Assembly: GCF_900167395.1 (NCBI RefSeq)
Contig: NZ_FUWK01000027.1
Coordinates: 1-32,000, forward strand
Direction of reading: 5' to 3'
DNA: 32,000 nt
Origin: Nitrosomonas europaea
Lineage (GTDB): Bacteria > Pseudomonadota > Gammaproteobacteria > Burkholderiales > Nitrosomonadaceae
The notes beneath the pieces were generated by a model. It made no database searches. It saw nothing but the letters and a program-made list of their open reading frames with translations, and was not told where the DNA came from. A program made the translations under genes and the position numbers. Every line of letters begins with the position of its first letter. The first letter of the stretch is position 1. Of the stretch, positions 1 to 11,904 are shown one piece after another.

Positions 1-918
1 ATGATTACCGGAGCGGCACAAATGGATGGTGCCATTCTGGTGGTATCAGCAGCTGATGGTCCGATGCCGCAAACGCGTGAGCATATTTTGCTGGCTCGGC
101 AAGTGGGGGTGCCCTACATCATCGTTTTCATGAACAAAGCGGACATGGTAGACGATGCTGAATTGCTTGAACTTGTCGAAATGGAGATACGCGAACTATT
201 GTCCAACTATGATTTTCCGGGTGACGACACACCTATTATCATTGGTTCGGCATTGAAAGCGCTGGAAGGAGATAAGAGTGATATTGGTGAAGCCGCCATT
301 CTGAAATTGGCAGAGGCACTGGATTCGTATATACCGGAGCCAGAAAGGGCAATTGATGGGGCTTTCATCATGCCTGTGGAAGACGTCTTCTCAATCTCTG
401 GGCGTGGGACCGTAGTCACGGGGCGTGTGGAGCGTGGGATAGTCAAAGTAGGTGATGAAATCGAAATCGTTGGATTGAAACCCACGATCAAGACAGTATG
501 TACCGGTGTGGAGATGTTCCGTAAATTGCTGGATCAGGGGCAGGCTGGTGATAACGTGGGTATCCTGTTAAGAGGTACCAAGCGAGAAGAAGTGGAGCGT
601 GGGCAGGTACTTGCCAAACCCGGCAGCATACTGCCACACACCAAGTTTACTGCAGAGATCTATGTGTTGAGCAAAGAAGAGGGTGGTCGTCATACACCAT
701 TTTTTGCGGGATATCGCCCACAGTTTTATTTCAGAACAACGGATGTGACAGGATCGATTGAGTTACCGGCAGGTGTTGAGATGGTGATGCCCGGGGATAA
801 TATCTCGGTCACAGTCAATCTGATTGCGCCGATTGCAATGGATGAAGGGCTGCGTTTTGCAATCCGTGAAGGTGGACGTACCGTAGGCGCAGGCGTGGTC
901 GCTAAAGTGATCGAATAA
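1..918 (+). CDS. tuf: Elongation factor Tu, 5'-truncated by the window edge (C-terminal 305 aa)
   Basis: Translation contains [29 protein letters not shown] ... [16 protein letters not shown], canonical EF-Tu domains I-III. It sits directly upstream of rpsJ, as in the str/S10 arrangement. Confidence 0.98.
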
Positions 919-979
919 ATCTGGGATTGGTTGTGGTAACGATCAGGGATACTTTTTAAAAATATACAATCTGTTTTTT

Positions 980-1288
980 ATGCAAAATCAAAAAATTCGA
1001 ATACGCTTAAAGGCATTTGATTATCGCCTGATAGATAAGTCAGCTATTGAAATAGTAGAAACAGCCAAGCGTACAGGTGCAGTTGTCAAGGGTCCTGTTC
1101 CACTTCCAACACGTATAGAACGATTTGATGTTTTGCGATCGCCACACGTAAATAAAACTTCTCGAGATCAGTTTGAGATTAGAACGCATTTAAGATTAAT
1201 GGATATTATTGACCCGACAGATAAGACAGTTGATGCATTAATGAAGCTTGATTTGCCGGCAGGAGTCGATGTTGAAATTAAGCTTTAA
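980..1288 (+). CDS. rpsJ: 30S ribosomal protein S10
   Basis: 102 aa reading [19 protein letters not shown]...[21 protein letters not shown]. First gene of the S10 operon order. Confidence 0.98.
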
Positions 1289-1335
1289 CTTAATGGTTGG
1301 CTGTAACAGGTAAAGATTCATTAAAGAGGAAAATA

Positions 1336-1983
1336 ATGAAACTAGGTTTAATCGGTAAAAAAATAGGTATGACGAGAGTATTTACCGAATCAGGAAACAG
1401 CATACCCGTTACTGTTCTTGACGTATCAGGAAATCGTGTGGTCCAGGTTAAAACAGAAGAAAAAGATGGTTATTCGGCGGTACAGCTAACACAGGGATAT
1501 CGTCGTAAAAATCGGATAACAAAAGCGTTGTCAGGACATTTCTCGCAAGCTGGAGTTGAAGCCGGAACTGTGATCAAGGAGTTTAGAGTTGATCATGATA
1601 TCGGTAGTGATATAAAAATTGGATCTGAAATCAGTGTTGAACTTTTTGAAGTGGGATCGAAGGTAGATGTATGTGGCATATCAATAGGAAAGGGATATGC
1701 TGGTACCATAAAGCGTCATAATTTTTCTTCAAGCAGAGCCAGTCACGGAAATTCAAGATCACATAATGTTCCTGGTTCGATTGGTATGGCGCAAGATCCT
1801 GGAAGAGTATTTCCCGGAAAAAAGATGACCGGGCATTTAGGGAATGCACAGTGTACTGTTCAGAATATAGAGGTTGTGCGTGTTGATGCCGGCAGGGGTT
1901 TACTATTTTTAAAAGGTTCGGTTCCAGGATCTAAGGGTAATGGTGTTTTTATACGTCCTGGCGTGAAACAGCCAAGTAAATAA
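1336..1983 (+). CDS. rplC: 50S ribosomal protein L3
   Basis: [17 protein letters not shown]-terminus. I chose the ATG at 1336, preceded by AAGAGGA (1324-1330), over the TTG at 1297 given in the ORF track. Confidence 0.96.
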   Translation: MKLGLIGKKIGMTRVFTESGNSIPVTVLDVSGNRVVQVKTEEKDGYSAVQLTQGYRRKNRITKALSGHFSQAGVEAGTVIKEFRVDHDIGSDIKIGSEISVELFEVGSKVDVCGISIGKGYAGTIKRHNFSSSRASHGNSRSHNVPGSIGMAQDPGRVFPGKKMTGHLGNAQCTVQNIEVVRVDAGRGLLFLKGSVPGSKGNGVFIRPGVKQPSK

Positions 1984-2003
1984 CAACAGATGAGTGTGAG
2001 TAA

Positions 2004-2624
2004 ATGGTTAAAATTCCTTGTATATACGAAAACGGACAAATAGAAGATATAGAAGCATCAGAATCTGTTTTTGGCAGGGTTTATAACGAGGCGTTGGTTC
2101 ATCAGGTAGTTAAGTCTTATCTGGCGAACGCGAGAGCGGGAACACGTGCTCAGAAAGGGCGTTCAGATGTTACTGGCTCAACGCGGAAACAGTGGAGGCA
2201 GAAAGGAACGGGCAGGGCAAGAACAGGTGCCGCGACCAACCCACTCTGGCGTGGAGGTGGAAAAATTTTTCCAAATAAGCCTACAGAAAATTTCAAGCAG
2301 AAGTTAAATCGGAAAATGTATCGTGCTGGAATGTGCACAATATTTTCAGAATTATTAAGAAATAACAAGTTGGTGGCTATTGATGAGTTTCAGATAGAGA
2401 TGCCAAAAACAAAGGTTTGTCTGCAGAAATTAAAAAACTACCAGCTGGAAAATGTGATGATTATTACCAGTGAGATAGATAGCAATCTGTATCTGGCTTC
2501 CAGAAATCTTCCAAATCTAAAAGTGGTTGAAGTTGATTTAATAGATCCCGTTAGTTTGCTGGCATATGACAATGTGGTTATTACTCGGGATACGGTCAAT
2601 AAAATTGAAAATGTGCTGCAATGA
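2004..2624 (+). CDS. rplD: 50S ribosomal protein L4
   Basis: Motifs [34 protein letters not shown]. Position matches the operon order. Confidence 0.97.
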   Translation: MVKIPCIYENGQIEDIEASESVFGRVYNEALVHQVVKSYLANARAGTRAQKGRSDVTGSTRKQWRQKGTGRARTGAATNPLWRGGGKIFPNKPTENFKQKLNRKMYRAGMCTIFSELLRNNKLVAIDEFQIEMPKTKVCLQKLKNYQLENVMIITSEIDSNLYLASRNLPNLKVVEVDLIDPVSLLAYDNVVITRDTVNKIENVLQ

Positions 2625-2956
2625 GAAATATTACGATAAGTAGTGAAAGAGCATTAGAAGTAATAAAAGCTCCACAGATTTCCGAAAAATCAACTTTTAT
2701 TGCAGAAAAAACGAAGCAAATCATATTTTATGTTTCGCGCGACGCAAATAAAACTGAAATTAAATCAGCAATTGAACAGATTTGGAGATCACAGAATATT
2801 CAGGTTAAGAGTGTGCAAGTGGTGAATGTGAAAGGAAAAAAGAAAAGATTTGGCCGTTATCTTGGACAAAAATCGGATTGGAAAAAAGCATTTGTAAGTC
2901 TTAAAGGGGATCGTGAGATAGACTTTACTGATGTTAAATTATTCGAGGATAAATGA
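2621..2956 (+). CDS. rplW: 50S ribosomal protein L23
   Basis: Contains APQISEKST and [17 protein letters not shown]. 4-nt ATGA overlap with the rplD stop. Confidence 0.96.
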   Translation: MRNITISSERALEVIKAPQISEKSTFIAEKTKQIIFYVSRDANKTEIKSAIEQIWRSQNIQVKSVQVVNVKGKKKRFGRYLGQKSDWKKAFVSLKGDREIDFTDVKLFEDK

Positions 2957-3789
2957 TGGCACTAAGAAAAACCAAGCCCACCTCACCAGGCAGAAGAGCT
3001 GTAATTAAGTCCGTAAATAGTTTTATCTATAAAGGTAAGCCTTTTGCTGCATTAACGGAAAAAAAGAAAAAGAATGCGGGTAGGAACAACTCAGGCAGAA
3101 TAACGGTACGCCATATTGGTGGCGGACATAAACAACATTATCGTATAGTTGATTTCTGTAGAAATAAGGATGATATTCCTGCAAAAGTTGAACGTATTGA
3201 ATACGACCCTAATAGAAGTGCTTATATAGCTTTGCTTTGTTATGCCGATGGCGAAAGGCGGTACATCATTGCGGCAAAAGATATTGAGGTCGGCTCGTAT
3301 TTAGTAAGTGGTTCGAGCTCGCCCATTAAGATGGGTAACGCGATGCCTATACGGAATATACCTGTTGGAAGCGTAATACATTGCATTGAATTGAGACCAG
3401 GGAAAGGTGCACAGCTTGCACGGTCAGCCGGGTCATCAGCTCAGCTAATGGCGAAAGAAGGTGATTATTCTCAAATCAGACTAAGGTCGGGTGAGATTAG
3501 AAAAATTCATATAAGCTGCAGAGCCACGATAGGTGAAGTAAGCAATTCCGAACATAATTTGCAGTCAATTGGTAAAGCAGGTGCTATCCGATGGAGAGGA
3601 GTCAGGCCAACCGTCCGTGGCGTGGCAATGAATCCTATAGATCATCCGCACGGTGGTGGAGAAGGTAAAACAGCTGCAGGACGACATCCTGTCAGTCCTT
3701 GGGGAACTCCTTCGAAAGGGTCTCGTACAAGAAAAAATAAACGGACATCTAATATGATTGTTCGTAGTAGATATTCTAAGAAAGGTTAA
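2953..3789 (+). CDS. rplB: 50S ribosomal protein L2
   Basis: Contains [38 protein letters not shown]. Tandem ATGs at 2953 and 2956 are both possible starts and both overlap the rplW stop. Confidence 0.97.
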   Translation: MMALRKTKPTSPGRRAVIKSVNSFIYKGKPFAALTEKKKKNAGRNNSGRITVRHIGGGHKQHYRIVDFCRNKDDIPAKVERIEYDPNRSAYIALLCYADGERRYIIAAKDIEVGSYLVSGSSSPIKMGNAMPIRNIPVGSVIHCIELRPGKGAQLARSAGSSAQLMAKEGDYSQIRLRSGEIRKIHISCRATIGEVSNSEHNLQSIGKAGAIRWRGVRPTVRGVAMNPIDHPHGGGEGKTAAGRHPVSPWGTPSKGSRTRKNKRTSNMIVRSRYSKKG

Positions 3790-3794
3790 AAAAA

Positions 3795-4079
3795 ATGAGC
3801 CGATCTGTTTCCAAAGGACCGTTTGTCGATCTTCATCTTGTTAATAAGGTTTTATCTGCTCGTCAGAATAATGATAAAAAACCGATCAAAACCTGGTCGA
3901 GAAGGTCGACAATACTTCCCGATTTCATTGGCTTAACAATTTCAGTTCACAATGGTAGGCAGCATGTTCCCGTTTTTGTAACTGAAAATATGGTTGGCCA
4001 TAAACTTGGTGAATTTTCACATACTAGAACGTTTAAAGGTCATGCCGGAGATAAGAAGGCGGCTGGATCTAAACGATAG
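3795..4079 (+). CDS. rpsS: 30S ribosomal protein S19
   Basis: Contains [36 protein letters not shown]. Confidence 0.97.
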   Translation: MSRSVSKGPFVDLHLVNKVLSARQNNDKKPIKTWSRRSTILPDFIGLTISVHNGRQHVPVFVTENMVGHKLGEFSHTRTFKGHAGDKKAAGSKR

Positions 4080-4087
4080 GATAATAT

Positions 4088-4420
4088 ATGGAAACATCCG
4101 CAGTTTTACGTAGCGTAAGGTTATCTGCCCAAAAGGGGCGTCTCGTTGCAGATCAAATACGTGGACTACAGGTAGAGCGAGCTATTAGACTTCTGACTTT
4201 TAGCCCTAAAAAGGGAGCTTCAATTATTTTAAAGCTTCTTGAGTCGGCTGTAGCAAATGCAGAGCACAATGAAGGTGCAGATATTGATGAATTGAAAATC
4301 AGCCAGATTTTCATAGGTCAGGGAGCTACCCTTAAACGTGTAAGTCCGCGTGCGAAAGGGAGGGGTAACCGGATATCGAAACCCACGTGCAACATTTTCT
4401 TGACTGTTTCGAATAAATAA
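4088..4420 (+). CDS. rplV: 50S ribosomal protein L22
   Basis: Contains [27 protein letters not shown]. Position matches the operon order. Confidence 0.96.
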   Translation: METSAVLRSVRLSAQKGRLVADQIRGLQVERAIRLLTFSPKKGASIILKLLESAVANAEHNEGADIDELKISQIFIGQGATLKRVSPRAKGRGNRISKPTCNIFLTVSNK

Positions 4421-4456
4421 AACGAGTCAAGTTTATAAGAGAAGGGTGAATAGTTT

Positions 4457-5104
4457 ATGGGTCAAAAAATTAATCCAACTGGGTTCAGGTTATCAGTTTT
4501 AAAAAACTGGTCTTCACGTTGGTATACAAATACAAAGAAGTTTTCGGATTTTTTAAATGAAGACATTAGTGTTAGGCAATATCTTCAAAAGAAACTGGCA
4601 CATGCTTCAGTTGGAAGTATCATAATTGAACGACCCTCAAAAAATGCGAAGATTACGATACATACGTCACGTCCTGGTGTAGTTATAGGTAAGAAAGGCG
4701 AAGATATAGAGATTCTTCGTAGAAATGTCGAAAAATTGATGAATGTACCGGTGCACATCAATATAGAGGAAATACGAAAACCTGAGATTGATGCGCAGCT
4801 TATTGCCGCAAGTATTACTCAGCAGCTCGAAAAAAGAATAATGTTCAGAAGGGCGATGAAGAGAGCTATACAGAATGCTATGCGCCTTGGTGCTCAAGGG
4901 ATAAAAATTATGAGTTCCGGCAGATTAAATGGTATAGAAATAGCTCGAACTGAATGGTATAGAGAAGGCAGGGTGCCACTTCATACGTTACGTGCAGAAG
5001 TTGATTACGGAACCTCAGAAGCCAGAACAACATATGGAATCATTGGTGTTAAAGTATGGGTTTTTAAAGGTGAGCAACTTGGTATTAAGGAAAGGCAAAA
5101 CTAA
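4457..5104 (+). CDS. rpsC: 30S ribosomal protein S3 (215 aa, short C-terminus)
   Basis: Contains [14 protein letters not shown]-domain region, [19 protein letters not shown]. It ends at ...[12 protein letters not shown] and lacks the basic tail present in E. coli S3. Confidence 0.96.
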   Translation: MGQKINPTGFRLSVLKNWSSRWYTNTKKFSDFLNEDISVRQYLQKKLAHASVGSIIIERPSKNAKITIHTSRPGVVIGKKGEDIEILRRNVEKLMNVPVHINIEEIRKPEIDAQLIAASITQQLEKRIMFRRAMKRAIQNAMRLGAQGIKIMSSGRLNGIEIARTEWYREGRVPLHTLRAEVDYGTSEARTTYGIIGVKVWVFKGEQLGIKERQN

Positions 5105-5193
5105 CTTTTAACTCTGCAGTTATCTTGATAGACGCTTACTATTTAAAATTGCAGTTAACATCGTACATCCCGGAATAGCAAAGGAAATATGTA

Positions 5194-5610
5194 ATGTTAC
5201 AACCCGCCAGAACCAAATTTAGAAAACAGCATAAAGGTCGTAATACTGGCATAGCAACAAGAGGGGCAAAAGTCAGTTTTGGAGAATTTGGGTTAAAAGC
5301 CATTGGTCGTGGCAGATTGACTTCAAGACAGATTGAGGCCGCAAGGCGGGCTATGACGCGGCATATTAAACGAGGTGGTCGGATCTGGATAAGAGTATTC
5401 CCGGATAAACCTGTTTCGCAGAAACCTGCTGAGGTAAGGATGGGTAAAGGTAAGGGGAATCCTGAGTATTACGTTGCTGAAATTCAACCAGGTAAAATGC
5501 TCTATGAAATGGATGGAGTGGATGAGTCACTCGCACGTGAAGCATTTAGGTTGGCTGCAGCAAAACTGCCAATGCAGACCACTTTTGTAATTCGGCATTT
5601 GGGGAGTTGA
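5194..5610 (+). CDS. rplP: 50S ribosomal protein L16
   Basis: Contains [40 protein letters not shown]. Confidence 0.97.
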   Translation: MLQPARTKFRKQHKGRNTGIATRGAKVSFGEFGLKAIGRGRLTSRQIEAARRAMTRHIKRGGRIWIRVFPDKPVSQKPAEVRMGKGKGNPEYYVAEIQPGKMLYEMDGVDESLAREAFRLAAAKLPMQTTFVIRHLGS

Positions 5611-5617
5611 TTTTTAA

Positions 5618-5812
5618 ATGAAGGTACAAGAGCTACGGGAAAAAAATCTGTCGGAGTTGGGGAAAGAGCTTCTTTCTCTCAGAAGAGCGCAATTTGGCCT
5701 AAGACTGCAACATAGAACACAACAGCTTGCTAACGTATCCCAGATTAATAAAGTTCGTAAAGATATTGCGCGTCTCAAAACAATTATTCGTGAGAAAACA
5801 GGACAATTATGA
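5618..5812 (+). CDS. rpmC: 50S ribosomal protein L29
   Basis: 64 aa with ELREKN..EL..ELL.L.R.QF.LR.Q. Position matches the operon order. Confidence 0.93.
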   Translation: MKVQELREKNLSELGKELLSLRRAQFGLRLQHRTQQLANVSQINKVRKDIARLKTIIREKTGQL

Positions 5813-6063
5813 GCTCAGACAATCAAAGCAAGACACTGATTGGACAGGTCGTGAGTGATAAAAGGGATAAAACTGTAACGGTAAGGATCGACAGAAAAGT
5901 AAAACATCCTCTGTATGGAAAAATTGTTACGCGCTCAAGTAAATATCACGCACATGATGAGCTCAATCAATATAAACTGGGTGATATTGTAGCCATAAGT
6001 GAAACTCGTCCAAAGTCAAAAACTAAGGCTTGGCAGGTAGTTAGAGTAATTAAAGTTAACTGA
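5809..6063 (+). CDS. rpsQ: 30S ribosomal protein S17
   Basis: Contains [14 protein letters not shown]...HPLYGK......KY.AHDE. ATGA overlap with rpmC. Confidence 0.95.
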   Translation: MSSDNQSKTLIGQVVSDKRDKTVTVRIDRKVKHPLYGKIVTRSSKYHAHDELNQYKLGDIVAISETRPKSKTKAWQVVRVIKVN

Positions 6064-6144
6064 TAGAAATTTTTATTGAGAGTCTTGGTTAATTTCTGTT
6101 TGTTAGTCGATACACTAGCCAAATTATAGATAGGAAACTGAAAC

Positions 6145-6513
6145 ATGATTCAGATGCAATCATTACTGAAAGTGGCTGATAACACTGGGGCACGTACAGT
6201 GATGTGTATTAAAGTCTTGGGCGGTTCAAAAAGAAGGTTTGCCGGGATCGGTGATGTTATCAAGGTCGCTGTAAAAGATGCTGCTCCACGGGGACGTATT
6301 AAAAGGGGCGAAGTATATAATGCAGTTATCGTGCGTACTGCAAAGGGAATTCGTAGAGCTGATGGCTCTTTAGTCAAATTTGATACTAACGCAGCAGTAA
6401 TCCTGAATAATAAGTTAGAGCCAATAGGTACTAGGATTTTTGGTCCGGTTACACGGGAGCTCCGTACGGCAAAATTCATGAAGATTGTTTCACTTGCTCC
6501 TGAAGTTATATAA
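6145..6513 (+). CDS. rplN: 50S ribosomal protein L14
   Basis: Contains [51 protein letters not shown]. The 81-nt gap after rpsQ fits the S10/spc operon boundary. Confidence 0.98.
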   Translation: MIQMQSLLKVADNTGARTVMCIKVLGGSKRRFAGIGDVIKVAVKDAAPRGRIKRGEVYNAVIVRTAKGIRRADGSLVKFDTNAAVILNNKLEPIGTRIFGPVTRELRTAKFMKIVSLAPEVI

Positions 6514-6530
6514 AGGGGAATTTATAGGTC

Positions 6531-6848
6531 ATGAAGAAAATTAGAAAAGGTGACAGTGTAATTGTCATAGCAGGCAAGGATAAAGGTAAGCAATCTACAG
6601 TCATCCGATTTCAAAGTACTGAAAGGGTAATAGTGAGAGAGGTAAATAAAGTTAAATCTCATATCAAACCTAATCCTAACAGAAATATTGCTGGTGGGAT
6701 TGTAGAAACTGAGAAACCTCTGCATATTTCAAATATTGCAATCTTCAATCCCGAAAAAAACAAAGCTGATAGAGTGGGCTTTAGATTTAATGAATCAGGT
6801 AATAAAGTACGGTATTTTAAATCTGATGGTACTTTGATAGATTCATAA
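6531..6848 (+). CDS. rplX: 50S ribosomal protein L24
   Basis: Contains [18 protein letters not shown] (KOW motif). Position matches the operon order. Confidence 0.95.
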   Translation: MKKIRKGDSVIVIAGKDKGKQSTVIRFQSTERVIVREVNKVKSHIKPNPNRNIAGGIVETEKPLHISNIAIFNPEKNKADRVGFRFNESGNKVRYFKSDGTLIDS

Positions 6849-6862
6849 AAGTGGATAGAGAA

Positions 6863-7402
6863 ATGGCACGATTGCTAGAATATTATAGAGATACGGTTAC
6901 TAAGGAACTTACACAGAAGTTTAATTATAAGACTGTAATGGAGGTTCCCAAAATTACTAAAATTACCTTGAATATGGGTGTTGGTGAGGCATCCACAGAC
7001 AAGAAAATTATAGAAAATGCTGTTAGTGATTTGGAAAAAATTTCGGCGCAGAAGCCTGTTGTGACCAAGGCCAGGAAGTCAATTGCCACTTTCAAGGTAA
7101 GGCAAGGTTACCCCGTTGGCTGTAAAGTAACTTTACGGGGTGTAAAAATGTACGAATTTTTAGATCGTCTTGTTAACGTTGCGATTCCGCGTATTCGTGA
7201 TTTTAGGGGAATTCAGGTCAAGGGATTTGATGGGCGTGGAAATTTTAATATGGGAATCAAAGAGCAGATTATCTTTCCTGAGATTGATTACGATAAGATT
7301 GATAAAGTGCGTGGTTTAAATATTACTGTTACTACAACTGCCAAGACTGACCAAGAAGCTAGAGCACTTTTATCAGCTTTTAAATTTCCGTTTAAAAATT
7401 AA
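6863..7402 (+). CDS. rplE: 50S ribosomal protein L5
   Basis: [11 protein letters not shown]...L...[21 protein letters not shown] chose the ATG at 6863, which aligns to the E. coli MAKLHDYYKD start, over the upstream GTG at 6851. Confidence 0.96.
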   Translation: MARLLEYYRDTVTKELTQKFNYKTVMEVPKITKITLNMGVGEASTDKKIIENAVSDLEKISAQKPVVTKARKSIATFKVRQGYPVGCKVTLRGVKMYEFLDRLVNVAIPRIRDFRGIQVKGFDGRGNFNMGIKEQIIFPEIDYDKIDKVRGLNITVTTTAKTDQEARALLSAFKFPFKN

Positions 7403-7412
7403 GGGATGTATC

Positions 7413-7718
7413 GTGGCAAAAAAGTCAATTGTAAACCGGAATTTGAAAAGATTAAAAACTGTTAATAAGTACGCTGCACGTCGTGCAGAGATAGTTTCTA
7501 TATTGAGAGATGCAGGATCTGATATTGAGGCTAAAGCATCAGCTAGAGATCTTCTTCAGAAATTACCCAGAAATGCCAGTCCGGTTAGGTTGCGGCAACG
7601 TTGTGCTTTAACTGGGAGACCAAGGGGAGTATTTAGTAAATTTGGTTTGGGCCGAATCAAGCTGCGTGAGATAGCCATGCGTGGTGAAATTCCAGGACTT
7701 ATAAAAGCAAGTTGGTAA
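7413..7718 (+). CDS. rpsN: 30S ribosomal protein S14 (long, non-zinc form)
   Basis: 101 aa, GTG start preceded by AAGGGA. Contains [11 protein letters not shown]...[21 protein letters not shown] and has no CxxC pairs. Confidence 0.95.
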   Translation: MAKKSIVNRNLKRLKTVNKYAARRAEIVSILRDAGSDIEAKASARDLLQKLPRNASPVRLRQRCALTGRPRGVFSKFGLGRIKLREIAMRGEIPGLIKASW

Positions 7719-7790
7719 TAATTGAGTTGCGAAGAGATTAAACTCGTAATTAGTTGGTTTCCCGTAAATGAAGAGTAGAATGGTGTATAT

Positions 7791-8186
7791 ATGTGCATGA
7801 CTGATCCTATAGCCGATATGCTTACGCGTATAAGAAATGCTCAATCGGCTGAGCAGAAAGAAATAAAAATGCCTTCTTCAAAATTAAAGAAAGCAATTTT
7901 GAAAATATTGAAAGAAGAGGGGTATATTGAGAATTTTCAAGAAGATCCCAATCATAAGAAGCCATCCATTAGCGTAATTCTTAAATATTTTAATGGTGAA
8001 CCTGTTATTACCTCAATTAGCCGGGTAAGTAAACCTGGATTGAGAAGTTATAAATCAAAGAATGATTTGCCGAGGGTAATGAATGGTTTGGGGGTAGCAA
8101 TAGTGTCAACTTCCAAGGGAGTTATGACAGAACGTACAGCGAGGATGGCTGGCGTTGGTGGTGAGTTATTGTGTGTGGTTACTTGA
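7791..8186 (+). CDS. rpsH: 30S ribosomal protein S8
   Basis: [17 protein letters not shown] parallels E. coli [17 protein letters not shown]. Also contains [12 protein letters not shown]. An alternative ATG lies at 7797. Confidence 0.96.
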   Translation: MCMTDPIADMLTRIRNAQSAEQKEIKMPSSKLKKAILKILKEEGYIENFQEDPNHKKPSISVILKYFNGEPVITSISRVSKPGLRSYKSKNDLPRVMNGLGVAIVSTSKGVMTERTARMAGVGGELLCVVT

Positions 8187-8197
8187 GGTAATTATCA

Positions 8198-8740
8198 ATG
8201 TCATCAGTTTTTGTAACGACAAAACCTATAGAGATACCAAAATCTGTAGAAGTTCAGTTGACCGAGTTTGGCGTATTTATAAAAGGCCCATTGGGCAGTT
8301 TATTTCAAGCTATTGATGCACACAATGCTAAAATTGTTGTGAGTTCTGATCAGTTAACGATTGAGGCTTTAAATGCTACAAAGCAAACTAAGTCGATAGT
8401 TGGTACCCTTAAGGCTCTTATATCCAATATGATAAAAGGTGTAACAGCCGGATTTGAAAAAAAACTGCTTATTATTGGAGTTGGATATAAAGCTCAGGCA
8501 GCTGGTAATATTCTTAATTTAAATTTAGGTTTCTCTCATCCGGTTGCTTATACGGTTCCAGAAGGTATTAAGGTTGAAACACCGAGCACGACCGAAATTT
8601 TGATTAAGGGAATAGATAAACAGAAGGTAGGACAGGTTGCGGCAGAGGTGAGATCGTATCGACGTCCTGAACCTTATAAAGGTAAGGGGATACGTTATTT
8701 CGATGAGAAAGTTACGATTAAAGAGACTAAGAAAAAATAA
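8198..8740 (+). CDS. rplF: 50S ribosomal protein L6
   Basis: Contains GVGYKA, GFSHPV.Y..PEGI, YRRPEPYKGKGIRY. Confidence 0.96.
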   Translation: MSSVFVTTKPIEIPKSVEVQLTEFGVFIKGPLGSLFQAIDAHNAKIVVSSDQLTIEALNATKQTKSIVGTLKALISNMIKGVTAGFEKKLLIIGVGYKAQAAGNILNLNLGFSHPVAYTVPEGIKVETPSTTEILIKGIDKQKVGQVAAEVRSYRRPEPYKGKGIRYFDEKVTIKETKKK

Positions 8741-8754
8741 AGTAGGGGCTTGTA

Positions 8755-9114
8755 ATGTTGTTAAATACTAAGCAGATGCGTTTAAGGCGAGCCAAAGCGA
8801 CTAGAATTAAAATAGGAAACTCAAGGCAGTTTAGATTATCTGTTCATAAGAGCAATAATCATATTTATGCTCAGATTTTAGACCCTTCTTCAAATCGTGT
8901 GATTGTTAGTGCTTCTACGGTTGAAGCTGAAGTGAAGAAGCAGTATCCAAGCGGCGGAACAATTGAGGCAGCTAAGTATGTAGGACACTTAGTAGCAAAA
9001 AAATCTATTGAATCTCAAATTTATGAAGTAGCATTTGATAGATCAGGTTTTAAGTATCATGGTCGAATAAAAGCTCTTGCTGATGCAGCCAGATCAGCCG
9101 GTATGAAGTTTTAA
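8755..9114 (+). CDS. rplR: 50S ribosomal protein L18
   Basis: Contains [32 protein letters not shown]. Confidence 0.96.
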   Translation: MLLNTKQMRLRRAKATRIKIGNSRQFRLSVHKSNNHIYAQILDPSSNRVIVSASTVEAEVKKQYPSGGTIEAAKYVGHLVAKKSIESQIYEVAFDRSGFKYHGRIKALADAARSAGMKF

Positions 9115-9130
9115 ACTAGAGGTAATCAAG

Positions 9131-9664
9131 GTGACGAAAACAACTAAATCTGCTAATACTAAAACCCCAGATGAGGTAAAAACAGATGGATTGAAAGAAA
9201 AAATGGTTTCTGTCAATCGTGTCACCAAAGTGGTAAAAGGTGGAAGGATTCTTGGTTTTGCAGCGTTGACAGTAGTTGGTGATGGAAAAGGTAGTGTTGG
9301 TATGGGCAAAGGAAAATCGCGAGAGGTGCCTCTTGCTGTTCAAAAAGCAATGGATGAAGCTCGACAGCGCATGGTTAGAGTTAACCTGATAAATGGGACG
9401 CTTCACCACTCTGTAATTGGGCGACATGGTGCAGCTAGAGTATATATGCAACCAGCTTCAGAAGGTACAGGTATTATCGCCGGAGGGCCAATGAGAGCGA
9501 TTTTTGAAGTGATGGGAGTTCATAATATTTTAGCTAAGTGCTTGGGCTCCACAAATCCTTATAATATTGTACGTGCTACCTTGGATGGATTAAGCAAAGT
9601 TCAAACGCCTGCAATGATTGCTGCTAAAAGAGGAAAAAGCATTGACGAGATTACTGGGGCTTGA
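9131..9664 (+). CDS. rpsE: 30S ribosomal protein S5
   Basis: GTG start 8 nt after TAGAGG. Contains VNRV.KVVKGGR...[24 protein letters not shown]. Confidence 0.96.
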   Translation: MTKTTKSANTKTPDEVKTDGLKEKMVSVNRVTKVVKGGRILGFAALTVVGDGKGSVGMGKGKSREVPLAVQKAMDEARQRMVRVNLINGTLHHSVIGRHGAARVYMQPASEGTGIIAGGPMRAIFEVMGVHNILAKCLGSTNPYNIVRATLDGLSKVQTPAMIAAKRGKSIDEITGA

Positions 9665-9669
9665 AGTAA

Positions 9670-9855
9670 ATGGAAAAGCGAAAAACTATAAAGGTAACCT
9701 TGGTAAAAAGTTTGATTGGTACAAGGCATAGTCATAGATTGGTCATCAAAGGTATGGGGTTAAGAAGGTTGAACCATACAGTTTCTCTGTGTGATCATCC
9801 ATCAATAAGAGGAATGATCAACAAAACGGCCTATCTACTAAAAGTAGAGGAATAA
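9670..9855 (+). CDS. rpmD: 50S ribosomal protein L30
   Basis: 61 aa with [10 protein letters not shown]....HR....GLGLRR-like core. Position matches the operon order. Confidence 0.93.
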   Translation: MEKRKTIKVTLVKSLIGTRHSHRLVIKGMGLRRLNHTVSLCDHPSIRGMINKTAYLLKVEE

Positions 9856-9856
9856 C

Positions 9857-10318
9857 GTGAAGCTTAATACAATAAAACCTGGTATTGGATCTGCTAAGCC
9901 TAAAAGGCGTGTGGGTCGGGGAATAGGCTCTGGGCTTGGTAAAACATGTGGAAGAGGGCACAAAGGACAGAAATCTCGTGCTGGCGGCTTTCATAAAGTT
10001 GGTTTCGAGGGCGGGCAAATGCCATTGCAACGTCGATTGCCAAAGAGAGGCTTTACTGTTTATGGTAAAAAACAGGTGAGGGAGATTAAGCTCTCTACCT
10101 TGCAGCTAATTGATTTAAGTGAGTTTAATCCGAGTGTTTTATATGATCATGGCTTGATAAAAAATATAAATGATCCAGTTAAGATTATTCTTGGTAATCA
10201 ATTAATTAAACGTGCGATTAAGATAAAAGACTTGATAATTTCGCGTGGAGCAAAAGAAGCGGTAGAGCAAATGGGTGGTTTGGTTGAACTAACTGTAAAA
10301 GATGTAAATGGTGTCTAA
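9857..10318 (+). CDS. rplO: 50S ribosomal protein L15
   Basis: GTG start. Contains [41 protein letters not shown]. Confidence 0.96.
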   Translation: MKLNTIKPGIGSAKPKRRVGRGIGSGLGKTCGRGHKGQKSRAGGFHKVGFEGGQMPLQRRLPKRGFTVYGKKQVREIKLSTLQLIDLSEFNPSVLYDHGLIKNINDPVKIILGNQLIKRAIKIKDLIISRGAKEAVEQMGGLVELTVKDVNGV

Positions 10319-11633
10319 ATCTAAAGCTGCTTTGACTGATAGATTCTACGATCTAAAGAAACGGTTCTGGTTCTTAGTATTAGCTCTGATAGTATACCGT
10401 ATTGGTGCTCATGCCCCTGTTCCGGGGATTGATCCCGTTGTTTTGAAAGATCTGTTTGACTCCCAGGAAGGCGGGATTCTTGGTATGTTTAACATGTTCT
10501 CTGGGGGTGCACTGTCGAGGTTCTCTATATTTGCTCTTGGCATCATGCCGTATATATCTGCATCGATCATTATGCAGTTGGGTACTGTAGCAGTGCCTTA
10601 TTTGGAGTCTTTGAAAAAAGAAGGTGAATCTGGAAGGAAAAAGATTACACAATATACTCGTTACGGTACGTTATTCCTTTCTACATTGCAAAGTTACGGA
10701 ATCTCTATTGCGCTGCAATCACAACCTGGCTTAGTGATTCAGCCTGGTTTTTATTTTGTTGTTACAACGGTTATTACTCTTGTAACTGGAACCATGTTTC
10801 TTATGTGGCTAGGAGAACAGATTACTGAACGTGGCATCGGAAATGGCATTTCACTGATAATTTTTGCAGGAATCGCAGCAGGGCTTCCAAGTGCTATTGG
10901 TGGTACTTTAGAATTAGTGAATACTGGTGCAATGCATTTTCTTACAGCATTGTTCATTTTTGTTGCTGCAATAGCAATAACGTATTTTGTTGTATTCATT
11001 GAGCGTGGCCAGCGTAAAATTTTGGTTAATTACGCGAAAAGGCAGGTTGGTAAGCAAGTTATGGGTGGTCAATCCTCGCATTTACCATTAAAGCTGAATA
11101 TGTCTGGAGTCATACCACCGATATTTGCTTCAAGTATCATTCTATTCCCTGCTACGTTGGCTGGTTGGTTCTCGGATAGTCTATCATTGGACTGGTTGAA
11201 AGATTTTAGCAGCGCGTTGACACCGGGGCAGCCTATCTATGTTGCGCTATACGCTGCTTTAATTATTTTCTTTTGTTTTTTTTATACTGCACTTGTTTTT
11301 AATCCAAAAGAAACGGCTGATAACCTGAAAAAGAGCGGTGCCTTTATACCTGGAATAAGGCCTGGAGATCAAACCACAAGGTATATAGAACGTATTATGT
11401 TGAGACTTACATTGATTGGCTCAATATATGTCACATTGGTTTGTCTGCTACCAGAGTTTATGATTCTGAAGTGGAATGTTCCATTTTATTTTGGTGGAAC
11501 ATCGCTATTAATCATAGTAGTAGTTACGATGGATTTCATGGCTCAAGTTCAGTCTCATGTGATGTCTGGCCAATATGAAAGTTTATTAAAGAAAGCCAAT
11601 TTTAAGGCTGGTGGCAGTAGTTTCTCGCGATAG
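10308..11633 (+). CDS. secY: Preprotein translocase subunit SecY
   Basis: 441 aa polytopic membrane protein with [38 protein letters not shown]. 11-nt overlap with rplO. Confidence 0.97.
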   Translation: MVSKSKAALTDRFYDLKKRFWFLVLALIVYRIGAHAPVPGIDPVVLKDLFDSQEGGILGMFNMFSGGALSRFSIFALGIMPYISASIIMQLGTVAVPYLESLKKEGESGRKKITQYTRYGTLFLSTLQSYGISIALQSQPGLVIQPGFYFVVTTVITLVTGTMFLMWLGEQITERGIGNGISLIIFAGIAAGLPSAIGGTLELVNTGAMHFLTALFIFVAAIAITYFVVFIERGQRKILVNYAKRQVGKQVMGGQSSHLPLKLNMSGVIPPIFASSIILFPATLAGWFSDSLSLDWLKDFSSALTPGQPIYVALYAALIIFFCFFYTALVFNPKETADNLKKSGAFIPGIRPGDQTTRYIERIMLRLTLIGSIYVTLVCLLPEFMILKWNVPFYFGGTSLLIIVVVTMDFMAQVQSHVMSGQYESLLKKANFKAGGSSFSR

Positions 11634-11640
11634 GTTTTTA

Positions 11641-11859
11641 ATGGCTAAAGAAGAAACTATACAAATGCAGGGTGAGGTTATAGAAACACTCCCGAATGCT
11701 ACTTTCAGGATAAAGTTAGAAAATGGTCATATTGTGTTAGGTCATATCTCGGGTAAGATGAGGATGAATTATATCCGGATACTACCAGGAGATAAGGTAA
11801 CGGTTGATTTGACACCTTATGATTTAACGAGAGCTCGGATAACCTTTCGGACTAAATAA
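11641..11859 (+). CDS. infA: Translation initiation factor IF-1
   Basis: [55 protein letters not shown]. The ATG at 11641 matches the E. coli MAKEDNIEMQG start. Confidence 0.97.
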   Translation: MAKEETIQMQGEVIETLPNATFRIKLENGHIVLGHISGKMRMNYIRILPGDKVTVDLTPYDLTRARITFRTK

Positions 11860-11904
11860 AACTTAATCCAACTTTTGATAGTATAAATATATAGTGAGTA
11901 TTTT

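Noticed and set aside
6064-6144. spc operon promoter or terminator in the rpsQ-rplN gap (AGAAATT...AATTTCT inverted repeat; TTGTTA/TATAGA hexamers)
   Set aside because: The hexamer spacing is 19 nt and the stem is all A/T, so these cannot be distinguished from chance in AT-rich sequence.
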